NCBI GenBank assembly: GCA_963826115.1
Contig: CAWGVS010000006.1
Location: 320,001 to 384,000, forward strand
DNA: 64,000 bases
Origin: an uncultured Candidatus Rokubacteria bacterium
GTDB lineage: Bacteria > Methylomirabilota > Methylomirabilia > Rokubacteriales > DASRDR01
Direction of reading: 5' to 3'
This document shows, piece after piece, positions 1-11,900 of the stretch. The first letter of the stretch is position 1, and each line of letters begins with the position of its first letter. The position numbers and the translations under genes are program-made. The notes below the pieces were generated by a model. It did no database searches. It was given only the letters and a program-made list of their open reading frames with translations, and had not been told where the DNA came from.

Positions 1-56
1 ACGGCGTCCTCCGACGGTTCGCGGACCTGCCGGCCCTCGTCGGCCGGCTCGCCTGA
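1..56 (+). CDS. 3' end of an upstream gene (partial); C-terminus GVLRRFADLPALVGRLA*, possibly HAD-hydrolase-like
   Basis: Frame starting at base 3 has GC3-rich codons and ends at TGA 54-56; too short to assign firmly. Confidence 0.35.
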   Translation, partial: GVLRRFADLPALVGRLA

Positions 57-221
57 TCGCCGTCCGCGGTTGCGGGGCGGGGCGGCCGTCGCTACGATGA
101 CGGAGCCGCCGTCGGGACGAGCACGCGGAAGCCAGCGAGCCCGGTCCGGGCTATCATGAAGCTCCGTGCGGCGTAGACGTGGGTCACCGCATGTCCGCCG
201 CCTGAGAGGGGGGAACTCGTC

Positions 222-746
222 ATGGACGCGGCCGAGCTGAGGGCCAAGATCCGGGACATCAAGGATTTTCCGACCGAGGGCATCCTCTTCAAGGACATCA
301 CGACGCTCCTCAAGGACCCGAAGGCCTTCAAGTGCGTCCTCGACGAGCTGGGGACCCAGTACATCCAGGCCGGCGTCGAGGTCGTCGTCGGCGTCGAGTC
401 CCGGGGGTTCATCTTCGGCGGCGCCCTGGCGCACGAGCTCGGCGCGGGATTCGTGCCGGTCCGGAAGCTCGGCAAGCTCCCGGCCAAGACCATCGAGGTC
501 GAGTACGAGCTCGAGTACGGGCGGGACGCCCTGGCGATGCACGAGGACGCGATCGCGTCCGGACAGCGAGTCCTGGTCGTGGACGACCTCCTCGCCACGG
601 GGGGGACGATGGCCGCCACCCTCCGGCTCGTCGAACAGTGCGGCGGTGTCGTCGTGGGGCTGGCGTTCCTGATCGAACTGGCGTTCCTGAATGGCCGGAG
701 CAAGCTGAAGGGCTACCCGATCACGTCCCTGATCGTGTACGACTGA
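222..746 (+). CDS. apt: Adenine phosphoribosyltransferase
   Basis: DFPTEGILFKDIT, VGVESRGF, VRKLGKLP, YELEYG and PRPP-binding VVDDLLATGGT motifs. Confidence 0.96.
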   Translation: MDAAELRAKIRDIKDFPTEGILFKDITTLLKDPKAFKCVLDELGTQYIQAGVEVVVGVESRGFIFGGALAHELGAGFVPVRKLGKLPAKTIEVEYELEYGRDALAMHEDAIASGQRVLVVDDLLATGGTMAATLRLVEQCGGVVVGLAFLIELAFLNGRSKLKGYPITSLIVYD

Positions 747-777
747 GCGGGGACCGGGAGCCGGCGGGAGGTTCTAC

Positions 778-1398
778 ATGAAAGCGATCATGCTCGCGTG
801 TGTCGTGGCGCTGACGCCCGCGGCCGTCGTTGCGCCCGCGTGGGCCGGCGCGGCCACGGGCCCCTTCGAGGAGGCGGGCCGCCTGGTCGACCAGCTGGCG
901 AGCCGCCTCGGCAGCTTCGGGGCCGAGCTCGCCCAGCAGATGCAGCCCGGGCGCGGCATGGGCGGTGGATCGATGGGCGGCATGATGGGGCGGACGGGCG
1001 ATCCCGCGGATCGGCCGCTCATCACGATCATGCTCCACCACCGGACCGAGCTCGGGCTCACCGCGGACCAGGTCGGCCGGCTGGAGACCCTTCGGGGTGA
1101 CTTCGCGCGGGAGGCGATCCGCCGGGACGCCGACATCCGGATCGCGGAGCTCGATCTGGCTGCCCTGCTCGAGCAGGAGCCGGTGGATCTCACGAAGGTC
1201 GAGGCGAAGGTGCGCGAGGTGGCGCAGCTCCGGGCCGAGCTCCGCATCGCACGGCTGCGCACGGTCGAGCAGGGCAAGGCGGTCCTGACGCCGGAGCAGC
1301 GGACCCGCCTCCAGGCGATGCTGAGCGGGGGGATGCACCACGGCTCCGGCGGCCCGCCCCCGGCGCGGCGCTCGGCCGACACCGGCGTGCGGCTGTAA
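778..1398 (+). CDS. Spy/CpxP-family (LTXXQ) periplasmic protein
   Basis: Signal peptide, Gly/Met-rich stretch, LGLTADQ and VLTPEQR repeats; GGAGG SD upstream. Confidence 0.8.
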   Translation: MKAIMLACVVALTPAAVVAPAWAGAATGPFEEAGRLVDQLASRLGSFGAELAQQMQPGRGMGGGSMGGMMGRTGDPADRPLITIMLHHRTELGLTADQVGRLETLRGDFAREAIRRDADIRIAELDLAALLEQEPVDLTKVEAKVREVAQLRAELRIARLRTVEQGKAVLTPEQRTRLQAMLSGGMHHGSGGPPPARRSADTGVRL

Positions 1399-1421
1399 GG
1401 GCCGCGTCGGACGGAGGACGG

Positions 1422-2279
1422 ATGGCGATCTCGAAGGTCGGCGTGATCGGGTGCGGGCTCATGGGCGGCGGGATCGCCCAGGTCGTGGCGCAATCGGGGT
1501 ACGCGACGACGGTCGTCGAGGCGGACCAGGCGCTCCTGGAGCGGGGCGTCCGCGGGATCCAGCGGAATCTCGACGGGCTGGTCGACAAGGGTCGGCTCGG
1601 CGCCGCCGAGCGCGACGCGGCGCGGGGACGGCTCAGGGGCACGCTGCGGCTGGAAGACCTGGGCGAGGTGGACCTCGTCATCGAGGCGATCACCGAGAAC
1701 CCCGCGGTCAAGAAGGACGCGTTCGCGCGGCTCGACCGCATCTGCCCCCCGCACGCGATCCTGGCGTCGAACACCTCGTCGTGCACGATCACCGAGCTGG
1801 CGGCGGCCACCAAGCGGCCGGCCCAGGTGGTGGGGATGCACTTCTTCAACCCGGCGCCGGTGATGAAGCTGGTCGAGGTGATCCGGACGATCCTCACCGG
1901 CGATGCGGCGTTCCGCGACGCCTGGGCGTTCGTCCAGTCGCTCGGCAAGACCCCGGTTGCCGCCCAGGACACGACGGGCTTCGTGGTCAACCGGCTCCTG
2001 GTCCCCTACCTGCTGGAGGCCGTCCGGCTGCTGGAGTCGGGCGTGGCCTCGAAGGAGGACATCGACCAGGCGATGAAGCTCGGCTGCGGCTACCCCATGG
2101 GCCCGTTCACGCTCCTCGACCTGGTCGGCCTCGACACGACCTTGTACGTGGCCGAGGTCATGTTCCAGGAGTTCCGCGAGCCTCGCTTCGCCCCGCCCCC
2201 GCTCCTCCGGCGCATGGTCATGGCCGGCCACCTCGGCCGGAAGAGCGGGAAGGGGTTCTACGACCACACCGCGAGATAG
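1422..2279 (+). CDS. 3-hydroxybutyryl-CoA / 3-hydroxyacyl-CoA dehydrogenase
   Basis: GCGLMGGG Rossmann motif, EAITEN, ASNTSS, GMHFFNP, GFVVNR, PMGP, GRKSGKGFY. Confidence 0.93.
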   Translation: MAISKVGVIGCGLMGGGIAQVVAQSGYATTVVEADQALLERGVRGIQRNLDGLVDKGRLGAAERDAARGRLRGTLRLEDLGEVDLVIEAITENPAVKKDAFARLDRICPPHAILASNTSSCTITELAAATKRPAQVVGMHFFNPAPVMKLVEVIRTILTGDAAFRDAWAFVQSLGKTPVAAQDTTGFVVNRLLVPYLLEAVRLLESGVASKEDIDQAMKLGCGYPMGPFTLLDLVGLDTTLYVAEVMFQEFREPRFAPPPLLRRMVMAGHLGRKSGKGFYDHTAR

Positions 2280-2286
2280 CGGGACC

Positions 2287-2928
2287 GTGATGGCATCGCG
2301 GGTTCCCCCGTCGCCCGACCGCCCGGGGCGGCGCCGTGCCCGGGCGCTCGGCGCCCTGGCGGTTGTCCTGGTCGCCGCGCTGGCCGTGGCGGCGGCGGCG
2401 CAGGACCGGGTAGAGGGCGACCGCTACCAGAATCCCCGCTACGGCATCCAGATCGAGAAGCCGTCGCGCTGGTACTTCATCACGGCGTCCACGGTTCTCG
2501 ACGTCGCCCGCAAGGCGGCCGGGATGCCGCCGGCGAGCGGGGACACCGATCCCGTGAAGACGGCGGGCTTCGCCGTGATCGTGGCCAAGGCCCCGGTCCT
2601 CGGCCGCGAGGTGACGCCCCAGGTCGTGCTGATGGTGCAGGACCTTCCCAAGGCCCCCACGGACGTCGTCGAGGGCTGCGAGCGCCTCCGGAGCGGCATG
2701 AACGAACCGGAGACCGTCACGCCGACCAAGCCCGTTCGCATCGACGGTCGCCCGGCGGCGCGGCTCGACTTCAAGGGATACGTGGACGGCGCGCTCGTCC
2801 GGGCGACGGCGCTCTGCACCTTCCAGGACCGCCGCGCGTTCGTCGTCGTGGCCCAGGCGCTCGCGTCGGAGTTCGACGGAGAGGTCGCCATGTTCGACAC
2901 GATCCTCCGGAGTTTCAGGCTGCGTTGA
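2287..2928 (+). CDS. Exported hypothetical protein, possibly PsbP/DcrB-like fold
   Basis: Arg-rich N-region, hydrophobic core and AAA-Q cleavage; YQNPRYGIQIEKPSRW start and FDTILRSFRL end are typical of that fold. Confidence 0.6.
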   Translation: MMASRVPPSPDRPGRRRARALGALAVVLVAALAVAAAAQDRVEGDRYQNPRYGIQIEKPSRWYFITASTVLDVARKAAGMPPASGDTDPVKTAGFAVIVAKAPVLGREVTPQVVLMVQDLPKAPTDVVEGCERLRSGMNEPETVTPTKPVRIDGRPAARLDFKGYVDGALVRATALCTFQDRRAFVVVAQALASEFDGEVAMFDTILRSFRLR

Positions 2929-2984
2929 GCCCCGGCCGGCGGGGGGCGGGTTGCCGCTCGCGCGCCGGGGCCCGGGAGTGAGCC

Positions 2985-4133
2985 ATGCACCTCTACTACA
3001 TCTCCGACGAAGAGCGGCAGGCGATGGAGCTCGCGCGGTCGATCGCCCGCGAGAAGATCGCGCCGGTCGCCGCGCATCACGATGAGACGGAGACGTACCC
3101 CGAGGAGCCCATGCGACTCCTCGGGCAGCAGGGCCTCCTGGGGATGTGGCTCCCCGAGGCGTATGGCGGCGGCGGCATGGGGGCGCTGGCCGTGGCGCTG
3201 GTGGCGGAGGAGATCGCCTGGGCGTGCGCGGCCACCGCGACGAACTGGGGCGCGACGCCCCTCGGCGGGTACCCGATCCTGCTGGCCGGCACCGAGGCCC
3301 AGAAGCGCCGCTACCTGCCGCGCATCGCGGCGGGCGAGCTCCTGGCCGCCTACTCGCTCTCGGAGCCCGATGCGGGGTCCGACGCCGCATCGCTCCGGAC
3401 CACGGCGGTGCGAAAGGGGGACCGGTACGTCCTCAATGGCACGAAGCTGTGGTGCTCGAACGGCTCGCACGCCGGGGTGATCACCCTGTTCGCCACCGTG
3501 GACCCCGGCAAGGGTCCCCGCGGCATCACCGCGTTCCTGGTCGAGCCGGGGTTCTCGGGCTTCGCCGTGGGGAAGCAGGAGCGCAAGATGGGGATCCGCG
3601 CGTCGCCGACCGTCGCGCTGCACCTCCAGGATTGCGAGGTGCCCGTGGAGAACCGGCTCGGCGAGGAGGGCGCGGGCTTCCGGATCGCCATGCAGACGCT
3701 CGACTACACGCGGCCCATGACCGGCGCGACGGCGGTCGGCGTCGGCCAGGCGGCGCTCGACGCCGCCACCGGCTACGCGAAGGAGCGCCGGCAGTTCGGC
3801 CAGCCCATCGCGGCGTTCCAGGGGATCCAGTTCATGCTCGCCGACATGGCGATGCAGGTCCACGGGGCGCGCCTGATGGTCCACCACGTGGCCGGGCTCG
3901 TCGACCGGGGCATTGCCGGCACCGTGCTCGAGGCCTCGATGGCGAAGTGCTTCGCCGCCGACGCCGCCATGAAGGTCGCGACCGATGCCGTCCAGGTGTT
4001 CGGGGGGGTCGGCTACACGCGGGAGTTCCCCGTCGAGCGCTACATGCGGGACGCGAAGATCATGCAGATCTACGAGGGCACCAACCAGATCCAGCGGCTC
4101 GTCATCGCGCGCGAGCTGCTCGGGCTGCGCTAG
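2985..4133 (+). CDS. Acyl-CoA dehydrogenase
   Basis: [55 protein letters not shown]. Confidence 0.95.
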   Translation: MHLYYISDEERQAMELARSIAREKIAPVAAHHDETETYPEEPMRLLGQQGLLGMWLPEAYGGGGMGALAVALVAEEIAWACAATATNWGATPLGGYPILLAGTEAQKRRYLPRIAAGELLAAYSLSEPDAGSDAASLRTTAVRKGDRYVLNGTKLWCSNGSHAGVITLFATVDPGKGPRGITAFLVEPGFSGFAVGKQERKMGIRASPTVALHLQDCEVPVENRLGEEGAGFRIAMQTLDYTRPMTGATAVGVGQAALDAATGYAKERRQFGQPIAAFQGIQFMLADMAMQVHGARLMVHHVAGLVDRGIAGTVLEASMAKCFAADAAMKVATDAVQVFGGVGYTREFPVERYMRDAKIMQIYEGTNQIQRLVIARELLGLR

Positions 4134-4146
4134 CGGAGGCCAGGAC

Positions 4147-5466
4147 ATGTCGGCGAGCCAGAGGCCGCGGATCGACCGGCGGTCGTTCGTGAAGGGGGCG
4201 GGCGTCGTGGCCGGCGTCTCCGCCCTCGGGTTCCCGGTGGTCCTGCGAGCGCAGGCGCCCACGGTCAAGCTGGGCGTGCTCCACACCGTGACGGGGCCGC
4301 TCGCCGAGCCCGGGCAAGCGTGTCGAATGGGAGCCCAGCTCGCGGCCGAGGCCATCAACCAGGCGGGGGGGATCAAGGCGCTCGGCGGGGCGAAGCTCGA
4401 CCTGGTGCTCGGGGACACGCAGTCGAGGCCCGAGGTCGCGCGGCAGGAAGGGGAGCGGCTGGTCAACGCCGGCGCCCAGATGCTCATGGGCACGTTCAGC
4501 TCGGGGGACACGAACGCCGTGGTGCCCGTCGCGCAGCAGCGGCGCGTGCCGTTCATCGTGGACATCTCGGCGGCCGACCCGATCACGGCGAACGTCGCCA
4601 AGTCCGTGAAGGAGGGCCAGCAGAAGGTCCAGTACGTCTACCGGGTCTTTCCCACCGGGGCGATGTTCGGCGAGCGCGCGGTGCAGTACATGGCCGAGAT
4701 CTTCAAGGAGGCCGGACTCTCGCCGAAGCGGGTCGTCCTTCTGTACGCCAACGACCTGTTCGGGCAGGTGCAGGCCAAGTCGTTCCAGGCGGCCCACAAG
4801 GCCGCGAACCCGGCATGGGACATCGTCGAGGTGATCCCGTGGCCCGAGCCGCCGGCCGACCTGTCGACCGAGGTCGCCAGGCTGAAGGCCGCCAAGCCCG
4901 ACATCATCGCCCCCGTCACCCGGCCGGCGAGCGCGCTCCTGCTGCTGCCGGAGATCGAGAAGCAGCGCGTGGAGGCCATGGGGATCATCTCGCCCGGCAG
5001 CCCCGGCCTGTACGAGGCCGGGCAGATCGCCAAGCTCAAGGATCAGCTCGAGTTCGTCATGGACAACCTGCCCTGGCCGAACTTCAAGAACCCGAGGACG
5101 CGGCAGGTCGCCGAGGAGTACGCCAAGCGGACGGTCGACGCGACGAATCCGAAGGGGAAGACGTTCGACACGAACTCGGTGTTCTCCTACGACGGCATGC
5201 TGCTGATCGCCGACGTGCTGGAGCGCGCCGGGCGCGACGGCCTCCGGCTGGACAAGTGGGACGCCGACGCCGTCGTGGCGTCCATCAAGAAGAGCCAGTT
5301 CGTGGGCGGCCTGGCGGTGACTGCCGGCCCGATCGCGTTCAACGAGACCGGCGACAATCAGAACGCCGCCACCGCCATGATCCAGATCCTCGGCCAGAAG
5401 CCGGTGGTGGTCTGGCCGAGGGAAGCGGCCGAGCAGAAGCTCGTCCTCCCGCGACCCAAGCGGTGA
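4147..5466 (+). CDS. Branched-chain amino acid (Liv-type) ABC substrate-binding protein, Tat-exported
   Basis: ATG 4147 after GGAGG; DRRSFVK twin-arginine signal; class I SBP motifs (HTVTGPLA, INQAGGI). Confidence 0.88.
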   Translation: MSASQRPRIDRRSFVKGAGVVAGVSALGFPVVLRAQAPTVKLGVLHTVTGPLAEPGQACRMGAQLAAEAINQAGGIKALGGAKLDLVLGDTQSRPEVARQEGERLVNAGAQMLMGTFSSGDTNAVVPVAQQRRVPFIVDISAADPITANVAKSVKEGQQKVQYVYRVFPTGAMFGERAVQYMAEIFKEAGLSPKRVVLLYANDLFGQVQAKSFQAAHKAANPAWDIVEVIPWPEPPADLSTEVARLKAAKPDIIAPVTRPASALLLLPEIEKQRVEAMGIISPGSPGLYEAGQIAKLKDQLEFVMDNLPWPNFKNPRTRQVAEEYAKRTVDATNPKGKTFDTNSVFSYDGMLLIADVLERAGRDGLRLDKWDADAVVASIKKSQFVGGLAVTAGPIAFNETGDNQNAATAMIQILGQKPVVVWPREAAEQKLVLPRPKR

Positions 5467-5527
5467 CCAGGCGCGCGTGAAGGCCGACCGCGTGGCCGAC
5501 GGCATGGTCCGGAGCCGGCGCCCGGAT

Positions 5528-5580
5528 CGGGCGGATCCCGTCAGGCGCGGCTGATCCGCCGCACTCGCGGGATCCGCTCG
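5528..5580 (+). promoter_or_regulatory. Intra-operon GC-rich stem-loop after the SBP gene
   Basis: GCGGATCCCG (5531-5540) / CGGGATCCGC (5568-5577) perfect inverted repeat; no U-tract. Confidence 0.5.
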
Positions 5581-5602
5581 CGATCGGTTCCTTCCTCTCG
5601 AG

Positions 5603-6481
5603 ATGCACTCGATGGACCCCACGCTGATCGCCCAGAGCTTGATCAGCGGCATCCTGTTCGGCGGGGTCTACAGCCTCATGGCCGTCGGGCTCACCCTCAT
5701 CTTCGGGGTGATGCGGGTGGTCAACTTCGCCCACGGCGACATGATGGTCTGGGGGATGTACCTCGCATGGCTCCTCGCCACGCGGCTGGGGATCGATCCC
5801 ACGCTCGGGTTCGCCGCGTGCGCGGCGGCGCTGTTCGCCCTGGGGGTGCTCGTGCAGCGGGGTCTCGTGGACCGGATCATGGACGCGCCCCACGAGATGC
5901 AGATCCTCCTGCTGCTCGGCGTCGCGCTGGTGCTCGAGAACACGGCGCTGGTGCTGTTCGGGCCGGACCCGCAGCGCGTGCCCTCGGCGCTGAGCCGCGT
6001 CACGTTCTGGCTTGGCCCGGTGTTCGTCGACGCGGCGCGCCTCGCCGCGTTCGGGGTGGCGCTCGTGCTCACGGGCGCCCTGTGGCTCTTCCTCCACCGG
6101 ACGGACCTCGGGCGCACGATGCGGGCGACCGCCGACAACCCGTACGGCGCCCGCGTGGTCGGGACGGACGTCCGGCGCGTCTACGCCGCGGCGTTCGGCG
6201 TGGGCGCGGCGTGCGTCGGCGCCGCGGGCGCGCTCGTCGCGCCGATCCTGCCGTTTTCGCCCTCGTCGGGCCTGTCGGCGTCGGTCACGTCGTTCAACAT
6301 CGTCATCATCGGAGGAATGGGCAGCCTGCCCGGCGCCTTCGCCGGAGGCGTCCTCCTGTCGGTGGCCGAGTCGCTCGGGGCGGTCTTCCTGTCACCGTCG
6401 ATGAAGGAGCTGGTCAGCTTCGGCCTGCTGATCGCCATCCTGCTGTTCCGGCCCGCCGGCCTGTTCGGACGCCGCGCGTGA
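5603..6481 (+). CDS. Liv-type ABC permease (LivH-like)
   Basis: GLTLIFGVMRVVNFAHG, GRTMRA, IIGGMGS, RPAGLFG. Confidence 0.92.
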   Translation: MHSMDPTLIAQSLISGILFGGVYSLMAVGLTLIFGVMRVVNFAHGDMMVWGMYLAWLLATRLGIDPTLGFAACAAALFALGVLVQRGLVDRIMDAPHEMQILLLLGVALVLENTALVLFGPDPQRVPSALSRVTFWLGPVFVDAARLAAFGVALVLTGALWLFLHRTDLGRTMRATADNPYGARVVGTDVRRVYAAAFGVGAACVGAAGALVAPILPFSPSSGLSASVTSFNIVIIGGMGSLPGAFAGGVLLSVAESLGAVFLSPSMKELVSFGLLIAILLFRPAGLFGRRA

Positions 6482-6509
6482 CCACGCCGGACCCGTCGCG
6501 GAGCGCGCC

Positions 6510-7487
6510 GTGCCGCCGGTGACGCGGAGCGCGCTACTCCTGGGCGGCGCGGTCATCGCGGTGCTCCTGGCCTTGCCGGCCGTGCTGAGCTCCTACGCCG
6601 TGACGGTGTTCATCTTCATCTTTCTCTACGGGTACCTGGGACAGGCCTGGAACATCCTGGGCGGCTACGGGGGCCAGCTCTCCGCCGGCCACGCCGCATT
6701 CGTCGGGGTGGGCGCGTACGCGACCACGCTGCTCTCGATGCATTGGGGGCTGTCGCCGTGGATCGGGATGCCGATCGGCGGGCTCGTCGCCGCCGGGCTG
6801 GGCGCGGTCATCGGCGGCCTGGGCTTCCGCTTCGGGCTGCGCGGCTTCTACTTCGTCCTCCTGACGGTGGCCTTCGCCGAGGTGTGCCGGATCGTCGCCC
6901 TCAACACGGACGCCATGGGCGGCGCCCTGGGCCTGTACATCACCTTCACCGGCAACCCCTGGCAGCTCCAGTTCCAGGACAATCGTGCGTACTACTACCT
7001 GGCCCTGGCGCTCGTGCTGGTGGCGACAGGCGTGGTGGCGCTGGTGGAGCGGAGCCGCCTGGGCGCGTATCTGCTGGCCATCCGGGAGGACGAGGACGCC
7101 GCGGAGGCGCTGGGCGTCGACACCTTCCGTTACAAGCTCTGCGCGATCGTCCTCTCGGCGTTCCTGACCGGGGTGGGCGGCGCCTTCTACGCGAACTACC
7201 TCTTCTCGCTCCAGCCCAATGCCGTCTTCGGCATCCCGCTCTCCGTCGACATCATCATTCGACCCATCGTGGGCGGCGCGGGCACGCTTCTCGGCCCCCT
7301 GGTGGGCTCGCTGATCCTCTCGCCCCTCGCCGAGCTCGCGCGCATCTACTTTTCGCGGCCCGGATGGACCGGGCTCCACCTCGTCGTGTACGGGGCGCTG
7401 CTGATCGGCGTCGTGCTCTTCCTCCCGCAGGGCGCCTATCCCTTCGTGCGCCGCCTGTGGGCGCGGCGTCGGCCGGAGGGCGCCTGA
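6510..7487 (+). CDS. Liv-type ABC permease (LivM-like)
   Basis: GYGGQLSAGHAAF, AIREDEDAAEALG, GGAGTLLGP. Confidence 0.92.
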   Translation: MPPVTRSALLLGGAVIAVLLALPAVLSSYAVTVFIFIFLYGYLGQAWNILGGYGGQLSAGHAAFVGVGAYATTLLSMHWGLSPWIGMPIGGLVAAGLGAVIGGLGFRFGLRGFYFVLLTVAFAEVCRIVALNTDAMGGALGLYITFTGNPWQLQFQDNRAYYYLALALVLVATGVVALVERSRLGAYLLAIREDEDAAEALGVDTFRYKLCAIVLSAFLTGVGGAFYANYLFSLQPNAVFGIPLSVDIIIRPIVGGAGTLLGPLVGSLILSPLAELARIYFSRPGWTGLHLVVYGALLIGVVLFLPQGAYPFVRRLWARRRPEGA

Positions 7488-7488
7488 C

Positions 7489-8227
7489 GTGCCCCTCCTC
7501 GAGGTGATCGGGGTTGCCAAGCGGTTCGGGGGCCTCCAAGCCGTCGCCGGCGTGAGCTTCGACGTCGCCCCGGGGGAGATCGTCGGCCTGATCGGGCCGA
7601 ACGGCGCGGGCAAGACGACCCTGTTCCACCTCGTCTCCGGCTTCGTCGCGCCGGACCGCGGCGACGTTCGGCTCGACGGCGCGTCGACGCTGGGCCTCAA
7701 GCCGCACGAAGTCTGCCGGCGCGGGCTCGCCCGGACCTTCCAGATCGTGAGGCCGTTCCCGGGGCTCACCGTGCTGGAGAACGTCCGCGTGGGCGCGCTG
7801 GCGCGCGCGCGCAGCTTCGCCGAGGCGGGCCGGAAGGCGCGCGAGATCGTCGCGTTGGTGGGACTCGAGGACCGGTCGGGCCGGCCGGCCCGTGGGCTCA
7901 CGCTGGCGGACCGCAAGCGGCTGGAGCTGGCACGCGCCATGGCGACGGAGCCGAAGCTCCTGCTGCTGGACGAGGTCATGGCCGGCCTGACGCCGACCGA
8001 GACGGAGCGAATCATCGAGCTCTGCCGCGTCATCAACGCGCGCGGAATCGCCATCCTTCTGATCGAGCACGTCATGCGCGCCGTGATGACCCTCTCCCGG
8101 CGGATCGTCGTCCTGAGCCAGGGGCAGGTGATCGCGGCCGGGCCGCCGGGTGAGATCGCGCGCGATCCGCGCGTCGTGGAGGCGTACCTGGGCGAGGTGT
8201 ACGACGATGCGGGAGGCGAGGACGGTC

Positions 8228-8241
<14 letters not shown>
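7489..8241 (+). CDS. Liv-type ABC ATP-binding protein (LivG-like)
   Basis: Walker A GPNGAGKTT, ARTFQ, LLLDE, IEH, EAYLG. Confidence 0.93.
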
Positions 8242-8928
<687 letters not shown>

Positions 8929-8932
<4 letters not shown>

Positions 8933-11900
8933 CCGTGAGCTCGCGCGGGGCCGACGCTCAGCCGGCGCAGTCCGCCACCGCCGCCCAGCGGGCGCTCCTC
9001 GAGCTCGCCGGCGCCGCCGGTCCGGGGGCGAACCTCGCCGAAGTGCTCGAGCGCGTGGCCCGCGCGGCGGCCACGCTGGTCCCGGGCTCGCTGGTCCACA
9101 TCTGGCTCGCGGGTGACGACCAGCGGGAGCTCCGGCTCGTCACGGAGCTCGGCGGGCGCCCGGAGCGTCCCGGCGCGGAGCTCCGGCGCGTCTTGCCGAT
9201 GGGCGAGGGTCTGCTGGGCGCGGTCGTCCGGAGCGCGGAGCCCGTCGTGGTGCCGGCCTTCTCCGCCGACGCACGCATCGTCAACCCGGCGTGGGCCCGC
9301 GCCCAGGGCATCGCGTCGCTCGCCGCCGTCCGGCTCGCGCGGGGCGAGCGGACGCTCGGCGCGCTTTGCGTCCTGACGTGGCAGCCGCACGAGTTCACGC
9401 CGCTGGAGGTGGACTTCCTCCGCTCGTTCGGGGCGCACGCGGCGGTGGCCATCGAGGGCGCGGCGCTCCTGGAGGTCGCCTCGAGCCGCCTCCGACGGCT
9501 CGAGACGCTGCGCGAGATCGAGGGCGAGATCTCCGGCCAGCGTGACCTGGACGCCCTCGTCGCGACGATCAGCCGCCGCGCGGCGGAGCTCCTGGACGCC
9601 GACACCGGCGGCGTCTACCTGCTGGACGAGACCGGACCGGTGCTACGTCCGCACGCGGCGTTCAACTGGCCCACCTGGATGCAAGGCGTCGCCATCGCGG
9701 TCGGCGAGGGTGCGATCGGGGTGACCGCCGCGCGCGGCCAGGGGATGATCGTCAACGACTTCGCGCGGTCGCCGCTGGCGCTGCCGCGCTTCCGCGACGT
9801 CCACCGCGCGCTCGTGACCCATCCGCTGGTGGCCGGCCGCACCCTCCGGGGCGTCATCGTGGTGACGCGGGACGTCTCCCCGCGCCCGTTCGCTCCGGCG
9901 GACCTCGCGACCCTCGGGGACTTCGCCGTCCAGGCGTCGATTGCGCTCGAGAACGCCCGCCTGCTGCGCCTCGCGTCGGCGCGTGCCGAGCGGGTGAAGG
10001 TCGCGGCCCAAGTGGGGCAGCTGCTCGCGTCCACGCGAGACGCCGACCGGATTCTCGACCTCATCGCCGAGAAGTGCCGGGAGATCCTGGGCGCCGAAGC
10101 GTTCGGCCTCTTCCGGCTCGAAGGCGACCATCTGCGATTCGTCCGCGGCTTCGGGCTGAGCGAGCGATTCCACGAGATCGCCCTCGGCGAGGGCGTGGTG
10201 GGGCGGGCGGCCCGGGACCGCCGCACCATGGAGACGCCGGACATCCTGCAGGACCCGACGGTGGAGCTCATGCCGGAGACGCGAGCCCGGATCGAGTCGC
10301 TCGATCTCCGCGCGGTCGCGGCGGTGCCGCTCCTGGCCACCGACCGGGTGCTCGGCGTGATCGCGATCTACCACCGCGTCGGGTTCCGCCTGCCGGCCGA
10401 GGACGGCGAGTTCCTGGAGACCCTGGCCGCGCACGCCGCGCTGGCGCTCGAGAACGCGCGCCTGTTCGCCGAGACCCGCCGCCGCCAGGAGACGGCCGAG
10501 GCGCTCGCGAGCATGACGCAGACGCTGACCGCCTCGCTCGACCTCCGCACGGTCCTGTCTCGGGTCGCGGACGTGGTCCGCGAGCTGTTCGCGGCCGACG
10601 GGGGCGCGATCGGGCTCCTCACCCGTCGCGGCACGATGCGCGTCGCCGCCCGAGTCGGGCTCGGGGCAGACGCGCTCCGGAGCCTGGCCGTGCCGCCGGG
10701 GCAGGGGGTGACGGGCTGGGTGCTCCGGCACGGACAGCCGTTCCACACGACCGATTACGGCCGCGACCCGCGGATCGCGGGTGCCCGCATCCCGGAGATC
10801 GAGGAGGCCGGGATCCGGAGCTTTCTGGCGGTGCCCGTCCGGCTGCAGGACGAGGTGGTGGGCATCCTCTACGGCTTCTGGAGCCAATCCGCGCCACTCA
10901 CGGACGAGCACATGAGCCTGGCGACCGACCTCGCCCGAGTGGTCGCCGTCGCCGTGGCGAACGCGCGGCTCTACCAGGAAGCTCGGGACCGCGAGGCGGA
11001 GGCGCGCGCCCTCTTCGAGGTCGGCCGGCTGATCAGCTCCACCCTCGATCCCGACCGCGTGTTCGACCGCATCGTCGAGCGCGTGCTCGAGCTCATGCGG
11101 GTCCGCGCGTGCGGGATCTTCCGCCTCGACCCGGACGGCCTGCTCCGCTACGCGCGCGGGGCCGGCCTGTCGCCGGAGTTCATGCGTGAGATGGCCGTCC
11201 CGATCGGCGAGGGGCCGTCAGCCCAGTCCGTCGCCGAGCGCCGGCCCGTGTGGACCGCCGACCTGGCGGAAGCCGAGACGCGGGTGCGGAGCCGCGCCCT
11301 GCGCGAGCTGGTCGATCGCGAGGGGTACCGGGCCGTCCTCTCCGTGCCCATCCTCACGCAGGGCGCGCCGTTCGGCTGCCTCGCGACCTACTGGTGGGAG
11401 CGCCACGAGCCGACCCCAGGGGAGATCCAGACTCTCACCTCGCTGGCGACGCTCGCCGCGGTCGCGATCGAGAACGCGCGCCTTTACGACGCGACCCGCC
11501 GTCAGGTGGACCGGCTGGAGCAGCTCAACCGCGTCAATCGAGCGGTGTCGGCGTCGCTTCGGCTCGACGACGTCCTGGACGAGATCACGCGGGCGGCCGG
11601 GACGCTGAGCGACGCGCCTCTGGCGACCGTCTGGCTGGCCGACGAGGCCGAGCGCGCCCTGTTTCGCCGAGCGTTCCACGGCGTTCCGGAGATGCGCGGG
11701 CAGCTTCCCGACCGCCTGGCGTTTGGTCAGGGTGGCGTGGGGATCGTTGCGGATCGCCGGGAGGCCCTGATCAACGTCGTCGTGGACGGGAATCCCGCGA
11801 TCGTCGGTCGCGAAGTGCTCCTGGCGAACGGGGTCCGGACGTTCAGCGGGTTCCCGGTGGTGCTCGGCGAGCGCTTGCTGGGCGTGCTCGCGGTCAGCGG